DNA of 62,161 nt, counting the filler, from Basidiobolus ranarum (taxonomy: Eukaryota): assembly GCA_040143965.1 (NCBI GenBank). It is 2 parts of 2 records of this genome, joined end to end, with 100 filler letters (N's around TTAATTAATTAA, not from the genome) between each part and the next. Parts side by side here need not be neighbours in the genome. Positions count along the whole stretch, not along the records: positions 31,169 to 62,161 come from JASJQH010000093.1; 1 more part is not named here. One strand, given 5' to 3'. Both the position numbers and the translations under genes were made by a program. The notes under the pieces are model-generated. The model saw only the letters and a program-made list of their open reading frames with translations. It was not told where the DNA came from and did not search any database. Below, piece by piece: positions 52,338-62,161 of the stretch. How positions within the stretch are numbered: position 1 is the stretch's first letter; every line of letters starts with the position of its first letter.

Positions 52338-52667
52338 TATGAAGTCACAGTGACTCGCTAAATTCACTCAAAAATGCAACAGTGATGTACAAATCAAATG
52401 AAATGAATTAATCAATATTTGCGATTAGCAAGATGACTTTTAGCGAAGAGATAGATAAATAAATGAAAAAAGATGGGATAAATTGTATCTAGTTAGTCAA
52501 TTTCAACACCAAATATATACCTAGGCTTTAAGAACCCCTTTTTTTTCAACAAGTAGGATAACTTAGTTGTTAACAAACTGTATATACAAAGCAGTTTACA
52601 TTTACTTGGCTTTTCGTGTAGGTCTATCAGTTTTCCTTTGAAGTATAGACGACATTTGTTTGCTCAG

Positions 52668-54293
52668 ATGTCAACCGAGAGAAAGCGGGTACACCAATAC
52701 CAACCGGAAGCGCGTAAAGAGCGTCGTCTTTCATATAAAGACAACGAGTTCCCCATCTTCCCAATCGAACGTTTCAATGACAAGCCAGCCCAGTTTCGTC
52801 AACCAGTCGAAATAGGTTCCTTCAGTTATGATAGTGAAAGAAACACGCGAATGGACGATTCTGAACTGGTTCGAGTTTTTTATTTTACTAAGGACTTTAG
52901 TTACTCCCATACGAATATTTTTCAGTTATACGTGTGTCAAAGAAGAAAGATGTCCTTTAAAGCCAGAACAGTGCCTTGATTACTGACTACAACTATTTGG
53001 AATATTATGTAGAAATATTATTATCCTCCTGAGTTGAATTCTAGTTTGTCCGAAAATTACGAAAAATATATTGAAAGAGACCAGAGTGTCCCCGAACATA
53101 TCGACGCTTTACTTGAGTGCTTAACTCACGTAAAAGAAACCAAAAAAATCCCTGGAATGACGGAGGCCGACTTTGTAAGATAGTACATATAGGCTTATTC
53201 AATTGCTTCACTTAATCATCATTAATCATATCAAAGGTTTGCTATCGTGGAATTATGACCAAAATATTTTGCACTCCCTATTCAAGAAGAGACCCTTGGG
53301 AATTGGGTGCGACTCTCTACAAGGTATCTCCGCAAACTAAAGATTACCGATTGAATTGCCGTTATTGATGATGCATTGTTAGGGGACGATTTACATCGAG
53401 GAGCACGAGACTGAACATAAAATACAGAATCGTAGTGGTATGACCTCTAGACATCATCTGATGTCATACTGGGGGTACCGTTTCGAGTCTTTATGCACCA
53501 TTCCTAAGCCACCTAGTGAGGTACAAGGAAAAGAAGATCCAGTGCTTGGGGACAGGAAGAAAGACATAGTAAATACTAACATTCAGTATTGCTCGGTAGT
53601 TCGCACCAAAATTGAAAACAAATCCATCATCATGGGTGCGGAGGTGGATTGCATCACTGGTATCTATCATTCGCGTTAATCAGCTCGAGATCCCATTATT
53701 TATGATGTTCTACAATAGAGAAGAAGTCTAAAGATCCATTGAGGCAATATATCGAACTCAAAACCACGAAGCAATTCACTAGAGAAAGGGACCAACATAG
53801 CTTTGAGAAGTAAGTTGTATTCCTTTCCTGTTCACCTCCTCTGGCAATCACTAATGTTTCCATGTGCACGTGCGTGTTAGGTTTAAGTTGATCAAATTCT
53901 GGGCACAATCCTTTCTACCTGGCATCCCGAGAGTTGTAGTAGGTTTTCGAGATGATGATGGGTACTTGAAATCCGTTCAAACACTAAACACCCTGGAGAT
54001 TCCCCGAATGGTCCGTGGTAAAAATCTCTGGGTAAGAGTCACCTTTATCATATTAAGATGGAGTATTTTGTTCACCGATTTTCCTTTCTCTTGCTCTTTT
54101 TTCTTAATAGGATGCCAACGTTTGTATTAACTTTGCCAATTCCTTCTTGGATTGGTTGAAGAAACAAGTTACCGTAGACAACCCCAAAGCTACCTACACC
54201 ATACAATTTAAAGAGCCCTTTAAGGCCATAGAGATCGTGTACTCAGGAGAAAAGAACAGCTTCTTGACTGAGGATTTCTTAAGGAAATCATGA
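52668..54293 (+). CDS. RAI1: Rai1/DXO decapping/deNADding exoribonuclease (multi-exon)
   Basis: '[12 protein letters not shown]', '[11 protein letters not shown]', '[11 protein letters not shown]', 'GAEVDC', 'YIELKT', '[12 protein letters not shown]...GFRDD'. Confidence 0.93.
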
Positions 54294-54385
54294 TGTTTAG
54301 TTTAGATTTACAATAAGTTATATTGAGTGAATTGTAAATATTGTACCCTCTTGAGGTATTTACATATAAAGAAGGGGGTTTCTAC

Positions 54386-56206
54386 TTATTCCTGTTTAGA
54401 TTTCACTGCTTTTATCCAATCCACCATTAAACATCCCAGATACTGTATCACTTCATCAGCCGCATAAACGATGCTTTCTTTCCAACTAACAATGATCGGT
54501 TGGATCTCATGGTAGCCTTCTTTAGCGAGATGGATGATTCTCTCAATACACTCGGATATAGTATGCAATGACTTGACTACATACTCAACAAATGTTGGCC
54601 ATAGATATGCTCGTCCCCATTGAAGAGCGATGTGCATTCCCTTTCCAACATTCTTTCCCGCGTCTAAGCTCAACGAGAACAGATATTGGTAGAGCTCCCG
54701 AATCCTTGAAAAAAGCGGTTTGGATGAGCTGATTAGAGATTGAAGATTCGACGATACGATGGTAATACTACTCTTAACAAGGTAAGGTAAAACTGATCGG
54801 GTGACTTGTTTGATTTTTCGACAGGTCAAGAAAGTTAGTGAAATCATCTGTTTCCAGCTATGAACAATCCCCTTTTGAACCGGAATCCAGAGTTGAATCC
54901 CTCCAGTTTTCGTGTATTTTAGAGAACTCCGAAAGGAATGGCGTGCAACCCGGTGTAATCGCAAGGCGGTGGTAATGGTGTAGGAGTGTACTTGAGTAAT
55001 GAAATTATAGACTCGCTTTAAAGTTTTACAATAAAAGTACTTGGATGCGTGATAGGCTTGGCTTAAGATGGAATACGTTTTATCATATAATATCCTCAAT
55101 CCATTGGTCATGAACATTCGTGACTTCGGAAGGGCCACTCTCCAAATCCACAGCATGGCTACTTTAAGCGAACGATATGAAACTTTCCAAATACTCAAAG
55201 TTAACGTGATAGAATGCTTCCGAAAAGTGGTTAAGAAATCATGATAGAAGCCACGAATCCGTTGGCCAGTGGGTAAGATATGCTTTTGTACACATCTATC
55301 CCAGACAGGTACGACTTTGGGAACAAGTTGGAAACAGTGGTCAAAAATTCTCTGGGTGAGTGTCTTTAAGTTACGTACGATGATAATTACTGTGGGCTTA
55401 ATAAAAGCTTGAATGATTACTCCCATCTTGCGTGTATAATAACAGAGATCTCTAATATCCGAGAAGAAGTCAAATGCAAGTACTTGAAAGTATTGAAATA
55501 TACGTTTTCCCAAGGACGAACCTCTCGAGGTAACCCAACAGATACTATCGAAACAAAATACTCTACACGCTTGCAAAAGCGGACCTGTGAAGGAACTTGG
55601 AGCTGCGAATATGAGGGAGTGAAAAAAGTCCCATATAGTGTGGATACTACCATGAAGATAGTTGAGCACTTTACGAAATAATCCAAAGGAGAAGCGGGAG
55701 ATTAAATTCGACATCGGTACGACATGTTTAAAAAACACCTCGAGACAGTAATCCAGATAAACGGTGCTAGGAGTGATGACATATCGTTCCCAACGTCGAG
55801 GAATTGTTTGTTTAACAATTTCCGGTAAATGAGATAAATAGTTTATGTACCAAGAGAATAATGAAGGGATCTTCACTAAGGTCCAAAGAAATCCATCGAT
55901 GGAATAAAAAATACTGATCCGGAACAAAGCCCAGAATAGTCTAATGAGAAGAAATGCGAAGGCAAGGGGTACAAAAGGTAGTAGTAGAAAGTTATTTTTA
56001 CTTGTCTTGACTGGTTCCAAAGTTGGAAAATCTTTTTTATTCAAATTCCCCTTCTCCTTCTCGAGTTTCCAGTTAGGAGTGTAATCCTTGACGACATATA
56101 AAAAACACCCCAAGAAGAGTAGAGCAGCTCCTATAATCTTTGGTGACAAAAAGAGTCTAGAGAGGGTTTCTGTCATTCGGACATCCTTGTAAAAAGCCCG
56201 AGCCAT
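54386..56206 (-). CDS. Hypothetical basic, amphipathic-helical membrane protein (~606 aa, intronless)
   Basis: Long uninterrupted ORF with N-terminal hydrophobic segments; no recognised domain. Confidence 0.65.
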   Translation of the reverse strand: MARAFYKDVRMTETLSRLFLSPKIIGAALLFLGCFLYVVKDYTPNWKLEKEKGNLNKKDFPTLEPVKTSKNNFLLLPFVPLAFAFLLIRLFWALFRISIFYSIDGFLWTLVKIPSLFSWYINYLSHLPEIVKQTIPRRWERYVITPSTVYLDYCLEVFFKHVVPMSNLISRFSFGLFRKVLNYLHGSIHTIWDFFHSLIFAAPSSFTGPLLQACRVFCFDSICWVTSRGSSLGKRIFQYFQVLAFDFFSDIRDLCYYTRKMGVIIQAFIKPTVIIIVRNLKTLTQRIFDHCFQLVPKVVPVWDRCVQKHILPTGQRIRGFYHDFLTTFRKHSITLTLSIWKVSYRSLKVAMLWIWRVALPKSRMFMTNGLRILYDKTYSILSQAYHASKYFYCKTLKRVYNFITQVHSYTITTALRLHRVARHSFRSSLKYTKTGGIQLWIPVQKGIVHSWKQMISLTFLTCRKIKQVTRSVLPYLVKSSITIVSSNLQSLISSSKPLFSRIRELYQYLFSLSLDAGKNVGKGMHIALQWGRAYLWPTFVEYVVKSLHTISECIERIIHLAKEGYHEIQPIIVSWKESIVYAADEVIQYLGCLMVDWIKAVKSKQE

Positions 56207-56407
56207 CAGGAAACTTATAACATGATAAACTGTATTTAATGTACTTGGCAAAGGATGTGCAAAGCTAAATGAGGATTTTGACCCTGACAATCCTAACAGG
56301 ATGATCACTGATTAAATTCCTGAATCCTGATTGGAGCATCGCTATGAGAGCTATATATGTGTGTAAATGCGGCGACCACGGAGAGATATGCGTCTTTACA
56401 TAAAACT

Positions 56408-56683
56408 ATGATGGCACTAAGGAGCTCCCGTACACTTCAATTTTCCCTTCGTATCCTTTGTCAAGAACAAACTAAACACCAGAGCCCTAGGTTGGGTAAT
56501 GCGACTAGGGAGCCTGACTTGCGTAACATCAAATACGAATTATACAGGATAGACACGCACGGTGTAGAGTACGTTATGAAGTACTTTGACTCGATAACGG
56601 AGGCCCAAGCAGAGGCTGAGAGATACTCCGAACTAGGTCATAAACAAGGTTACTTTGTTCGTGAAAAACTCAAAAGTTATTAA
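56408..56683 (+). CDS. Small protein with a bacterial-type 'GHKQ' domain and a putative mitochondrial presequence
   Basis: 'YELYRIDTHGVEYVM..F.S..EA..EAERY...GHKQGYFV' resembles small actinobacterial/proteobacterial proteins (RQDDNGNxY...GHKQxYWV); N-terminus MMALRSSRTLQFSLR is Arg/Ser-rich with no acidic residues. Confidence 0.65.
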   Translation: MMALRSSRTLQFSLRILCQEQTKHQSPRLGNATREPDLRNIKYELYRIDTHGVEYVMKYFDSITEAQAEAERYSELGHKQGYFVREKLKSY

Positions 56684-57254
56684 AGAGCATATATGCTATT
56701 GAATCCTATGTATGCTCCTTACTTATGTATCACATGACATGGGGAAATTCCATATTTAATCAATCTAGGCGAATACTTTACCGATCGGATTAGCTCAGAC
56801 CGATGTCAGCAAGCACAAATCAAGTTCTGGGAATTTTGAGTGGTCACGGTTGCACTACTATCGCTCTATCCTTGATTGATATAAATGGAACTCTTTGGGG
56901 ATGGCAGTGTAGGGCTCAGTATCAGGTACACACATAATTGATATTGGTGCTTATATGGATTCCCCTTGTTTGTGTTAGAATGTTATAATATTCCAACGTT
57001 GGAGCTATAATTACCGATCCTGTTCGAAACTGTCTATTCTGGGCCAACTTAGGTACAACCAATTACAAAACCTGACCATATCAAGATAACAACCCCGGAG
57101 AATTGTTCGAATTTCCGTATTCAACCATATTAAATTCTAGGTGTTTGTTGATTTTTCATGGTGATTCTTTTTGCGTATTTTTTAGTACTTATGAAGTTAT
57201 AAAATCTCTCATCTGTCAGCGAACCTACACCTTTTATTTTGTCTTTTACTAATC

Positions 57255-58747
57255 ATGTATGGAAGTATCTCCGAATATCCATATGATCCTCTTGGACTCC
57301 AAGGTGTACGGGACAAATTGGAATTGTTGAAGAACACAGGTTCGAAACAAGTTCGACAGTACTATGAGAATCTGGTAATTAATACAAACCACATCCACTG
57401 TCTGCTACATCTTTGACTCATATGACACCCCATTAACCTTGTTATGTTTTCGTTCTATGTCAGGGTGAGATGTTAGACCGATTCTCTGATGTTGACATGA
57501 TTCTTGCCCATCATGGTCCTTTTGATACCAATAGTTTGGGTACTGACGAAGTTAGAGAAGATACACCTTTGAAATTGATCAGAAATCAACGGAAAACATC
57601 CGAACACACCATTCGTCTAGCCATCAACATCAGTTTCTTCTTTAATCTTGTCTTATTCATCGTGAAAGTTTACACTGCTATCGCTTCCGGAAGTTTAGTA
57701 GTCATAGCTTCAACTATTGGTTAGTGCTTTATTCAACTCAGATGAAAATTCATGACATTCAATTCTAACTATTCTCTATGCGAAGATTCGTTCATGGATT
57801 TGTTATCAGGAGCCATCATCTTTTACACTGCCACTGTTATTCGTCACGTCAATTACTATCATTATCCTATCGGAAAGGTACCCTCATTCACAATCATGTT
57901 TCTATTGCTCCTCTGTATATTCATGGTTTTGATTATCTGTGTGTAGTCTCGTATGGAGCCCTTGGGAATTATTATCTTTTCTGCTGTCATGATCACCTGT
58001 TTTTTCCAGGTTATGGTTACATCGTTTGAGAATTTGCTAGACCCAAACGCGCCTGAATTATTGATTATGAGTCCATTGACCATAATGCTGTTGTTTAGTA
58101 ACATTGTGGTCAAATTCTTGCTATGGATTTGGTGTCGCACAATGACATCTAGCAGTGTCCAAGCACTTGCCCAAGATCACATGAACGATGTCGTCTTCAA
58201 CGTGTTCTCTACCGTCTTTCCTATTGTTGGTTAGTTGCTTCTCTTTCCTGGTTTTGAGTGGAACTTGTTATTCATAAGTGGTTATTTAGCGACCTCATTA
58301 AGTTGTTATTGGATCGATCCGTTCGGTGCCATCCTTCTTTCAATTTATATCATTGTTGATTGGATCCGAACTTGTACCGGTATGTCCTATTCATTTAGTT
58401 GCGTTGTTCGGACACTAACATTTACTCTGCTGTGACCTCTAGAAAACCTTCGCAGAATGTCTGGAGCATCTGCCTCTGCCGAAGATATTCAGCAGTTTAC
58501 TTATTTGACCTATAGGTATAGTAGCAGAATTCAAGAAGTTGATACAGTTCGTGCCTACTATGTTGGCGATAGACTGTTCACTGAGATTGATATCGTCCTT
58601 CCACCTGATTGTCCGCTATCCGAGGCGCACGATATTGGTGAAGGTCTCCAAAATGCCTTAGAGAAGATGGATATAGTGGAACGCGCGTTTGTTCATCTTG
58701 ACTACAATTCAGACCACAAGATTGAACATCGCCACGCTTTGTTATAA
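57255..58747 (+). CDS. Cation diffusion facilitator, Mn-CDF/MTP type (multi-exon)
   Basis: 'SGSLVVIASTI|DSFMDLLSG', 'YPIGK|SRMEPLGII', 'AQDHMNDV', 'WIDPFGA', 'AHDIGEGLQ...VERAFVHLDY...EH'. Confidence 0.92.
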
Positions 58748-59103
58748 ATCAGATTCATCGCTTGTTCGAACCACTTTTGTACAGCCCCAAACCCTTTCTA
58801 ATAGAATCTCTTGGTCTAGACTGACCTCAAATTGATGCATCATTATTTGCTATCCAAAAAGGCATTAATTCCACATATTTTGATGAAATAAATTACTGAT
58901 GCATTCCATGATCCCAGTTCGGTTGAAATTTTGTTGAAATGGGTATATCGGATTGGTTAAGGCATTGGTAATATGGCATATCTACAAAGAGTGCCTAAGT
59001 GGCTAATCAACATATCTTTCACCATGAAAAATGTAAGGGTTATGGATTTATTACTAGAAAATAGCCGCTAGCAACTTTCCATACTTTAAGCATCATCTAG
59101 GCC

Positions 59104-60053
59104 ATGGACTTTGACAAACTAAATCAAGCTTTGAATGTTGCTTCAACTCCATACTCCGGTGAGTACTCACAGGTATACCCTTAGTTACTAGTGTTCTCAC
59201 TAAACTTAATTTCTACCAAGGTCACCGAATTGGAGCTCGCGACGCCGCACATACTCTCGAATTTTACGTAGATTTTACAGTTAGTTTTTTTGAAATGAAT
59301 GTAAATTCGTTCTGGTGTGCATCAAACTAAACATCTATCTTTAAAGTGTCCTTTTTCTCGTCGAATTTTCAACACACTTACGAAGGTCGGCATGTAGCAG
59401 ATACCTCACCATCAACATGAACTAATGGTTTGTAATGTAATAGGAAGTCATCCCTAACATTCGAGCCAAGTTTGGAGACAGCGTTCAGTTTATTCTACGT
59501 CACCAAGTTCAACCTTGGCATCCTCAGAGTACACTTTTACACGAGGTGATATTCGTATAAAAATAGTTATAATGGAATAGTAGATATTAACCATCGTACT
59601 TGATTTATAGGCATCTTTGGCAGCTGAGAAGGTAGACCCTAAGAAATTCCTAGCTTATGCAGAAAAATTATTCGATGTTCAAAGAGAGTAAATCCACCTT
59701 TATTAGTTCATCTTTTTTACTTTCAATTATACTCACTTTTCACTCACTTCAGTTACTTTGATGAAGCTTGTCATAATCAAAGTCGTACACAAATGTATCA
59801 ATCTCTGGCAGATCATGCTGCTTTCATCGGTATAAATCGAGAAGAATTCTTGGCATACCTTTCCATTCCAAATACCGAGCCTCGTAACAAAGGAAACAAA
59901 ATCCATGAGGATTTAAAATATCACATAAAATTAGCTAGACAAAATGGAATCCATGTTTCGCCAACTGTCTTATTTGATGGTATAATTGACTCTACTGTAT
60001 CTAGTTCTTGGGGATTAAATGAATGGAGAAATTGGTTCCAAACCAAGTTATAA
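59104..60053 (+). CDS. Thioredoxin/DsbA-like fold protein (multi-exon)
   Basis: 'GHRIG...HTLEFYVDFT|CPFS', 'RHQVQPWHPQSTLLHE', 'KLARQNGIHVSPTVLFDG...SSSW...W'. Confidence 0.85.
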
Positions 60054-60315
60054 ATTAAAATTATTTATGTGGCTCTTTGTTAGTCCGTCATCGATAGTAC
60101 TTCACCTGAATTTGTTATGGATCTATTATTGGATGTCTAGTGTTAGTGTTCTGCTGTTATCATGGTAGACTGTATATTATTTCAGCCAGCTTGAAAGTTT
60201 GCAAGATTAACCGACTAAACGTTACTTCCAGTTGTACGTATATAAGCCCATGTTACACCTTACTTGTTGCTTATCCATTTCTTGATATTTCAACATTGAC
60301 TGCTACTTACACATT

Positions 60316-61116
60316 ATGCCAACTGTACTCAGTGTTTTTGCCGCTTCTTGCATTGTATTCCAAACAGTATTAGCTGCTCCAGTTCATAACCTACCAGGTT
60401 TTGCAAATGCAGTAGCACAAACTACTTACAAAGACAGATCTTGTGGACAACAAACTGGGCCTTGCGATATACAACCCCGATATCAGGCAACTCCTCAAGT
60501 GAGAGAGTACAGTTATGCCCAACCACAAGCAATGCCAGTGTATCAACAGAGTGAAGAACAGCCAGCAGACGAGGAGTCTACTCCTGATCAAGGCCAAATG
60601 GATCAGACTCCAGCTGAAGATACTCAAGGTGCAGAGCAGCCAGCTGCTGATGAGCCCACTCCTGATCAAGGCCAAATGGAGCAGGCTCCAGCTGAAGATG
60701 ATCAAAGTTCAGAACAGCCAACAGAAGATGAATCCTCTCCCGATCAAGGTCAAATGGAACAGGCTCCCGCTGAAGATGAACAATCTCAGTCTGAGGACCA
60801 AACTCAAGAAGCTCCCTCCTATACCACTACTCCTGCTTCATGGAATGTTGACTTGAGTCAACTCCAGCCCAAACAAGCGCTACTTGATGAAGTGAAAGGC
60901 CACGCATCCCAAGGTAGTCAAGCACTGTCCGATGCGAACCAGTTTGACCAAGCCCAACTAGTTGACCAAACTGTGTACCAACCATCTCAGCCACCTCAAC
61001 CCCAGATCATCATTCCCCAGTGGCCAATGCACCGACCCAGAAAAGCCTACAAGAAGTACAAGAAATTTGCTCACCGTTCTTTCAAGATCAGATATTTCAG
61101 CGGTAACAGACACTAA
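60316..61116 (+). CDS. Secreted Gln/Glu/Asp-rich repeat protein, copy 1
   Basis: Signal peptide, Cys pair, three 26-aa repeats, basic C-terminal tail. Confidence 0.8.
   Translation: MPTVLSVFAASCIVFQTVLAAPVHNLPGFANAVAQTTYKDRSCGQQTGPCDIQPRYQATPQVREYSYAQPQAMPVYQQSEEQPADEESTPDQGQMDQTPAEDTQGAEQPAADEPTPDQGQMEQAPAEDDQSSEQPTEDESSPDQGQMEQAPAEDEQSQSEDQTQEAPSYTTTPASWNVDLSQLQPKQALLDEVKGHASQGSQALSDANQFDQAQLVDQTVYQPSQPPQPQIIIPQWPMHRPRKAYKKYKKFAHRSFKIRYFSGNRH
60559..60792 (+). repeat. 78-bp coding tandem repeat x3
   Basis: QPADEESTPDQGQMDQTPAEDTQGAE / QPAADEPTPDQGQMEQAPAEDDQSSE / QPTEDESSPDQGQMEQAPAEDEQSQS. Confidence 0.9.
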
Positions 61117-61814
61117 ACCTTCGTCCTTTTCACTCACTATTCTCATAACGGCTTGCAATTATGCATATAAACTTGAATCTTCAATAAAGTGTTCCCAATA
61201 ATAACACTAACAAGCCATGTTAAAATATCGATGGCGTTAAACTAACTAGGAAGTGATGGACTAGAAAATAGCAGTTACCACGTTCAGGGTAGGTGATCAT
61301 GCTTGACAAATGCTACTATAAAAGGGAAAAATTCTTCGTTATTATTGCTACTTCCAAAGTACGTAGTACAACCCCTCGGAGTATAATCTTTACCACATGA
61401 AGAGTACAAATTGCTACTAGTTATAGTAGTTATACTCGTACAAGTAGATAGAGCATTTTTTCATATGGCTATGTATTCAATGAAAATAAACTGATGATTG
61501 GGTGAGCAACAATTCTTAAAGCTGCAAATATATGCTGATAAAAAAGTCAGCCATAATTTTTATTTTAACATGCCTGTTCTGACAGACCAATTGAATAACC
61601 AATACATACCTTGAGCCGTTTGGTAAATACAATCCATTTTAATAGTCTACTTGATAGCGTATTATGCGCCTATTAGAAAAAGTTTCTTTGGTAGATTATT
61701 TAAGCACTTCAGATAGCACTTGTTGGTTTGGTATTACTTGTATAAAAGTGCTTAGTCCCCGTTAGTCGATATTTATTCTGTTCTTAGCTTATCAACAATA
61801 ACCATTCAGTAAGC

Positions 61815-62161
61815 ATGCAAACTATTCTACTCACTTTGGTTTCATCCTGCGTCGTGATTCAAGGAGCATTGGCCGTTCCAGTTCATAACCTACCAGGTTT
61901 TGCAAATGCAGTAGCACAAACTACTTACAAAGATAGATCTTGTGGACAGCAGACTGGGACTTGCGATATACAACCACAATATCAGGCGACTCCTCAAGTG
62001 AGAGAGTACAGTTATGCCCAACCACAAGCAATGTCAGTGTATGAACAGAATGAAGAACAGCCAGCAGACGAGGAGTCTACTCTTGATCAAGGCCAAATGA
62101 AACAGGCTCCAGCTGAAGATGATCAAAGTTCAGAACAACCAACAGAGGATGAGTCCACTCC
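61815..62161 (+). CDS. Secreted repeat protein, copy 2 (runs off the window end)
   Basis: MQTILLTLVSSCVVIQGALAVPVHNLPGFANAVAQTTYKDRSCGQQTG...; near-identical DNA to the region from ~60378 onward. Confidence 0.85.
   Translation, partial: MQTILLTLVSSCVVIQGALAVPVHNLPGFANAVAQTTYKDRSCGQQTGTCDIQPQYQATPQVREYSYAQPQAMSVYEQNEEQPADEESTLDQGQMKQAPAEDDQSSEQPTEDEST

Overview
Gene-dense, AT-rich eukaryotic DNA with short GT-AG introns from an early-diverging fungus (Zoopagomycota/Mucoromycota-like; the taxon is inferred from gene style and content). Most of it is housekeeping genes: a CAMK-group kinase, CIA2/MIP18, aquaglyceroporin, MCU, XPT1, a Cys2-type serine O-acyltransferase, ARF6, Rap1, a CAR-like GPCR, GluRS, USE1, the 3' end of a P-type H+-ATPase, MPP-alpha, Lon, a TauD dioxygenase, a Cdc24-OB protein, an FAH hydrolase, a RhoGEF, Rai1/DXO, a CDF transporter and a thioredoxin-like protein. 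Notable elements: (1) the 3' part of a frameshifted, intron-containing Fanzor1 (eukaryotic TnpB-like RNA-guided nuclease) at 1-1054, with a candidate omega-RNA region behind it; (2) a tandem array of secreted SRPBCC/START proteins hiding an unannotated pseudogene; (3) bacterial-type genes, namely a secreted GH46 chitosanase and a small 'GHKQ'-motif protein with a possible mitochondrial presequence; (4) a compact Argonaute with an intact DEDH tetrad directly upstream of Rai1/DXO; (5) the CpG-free 5' end of a Ty1/copia element beside an artificial 100-bp contig spacer; (6) tandem secreted acidic-repeat genes that differ in repeat number. Exon boundaries were read by eye and are approximate, and no database searches were run.
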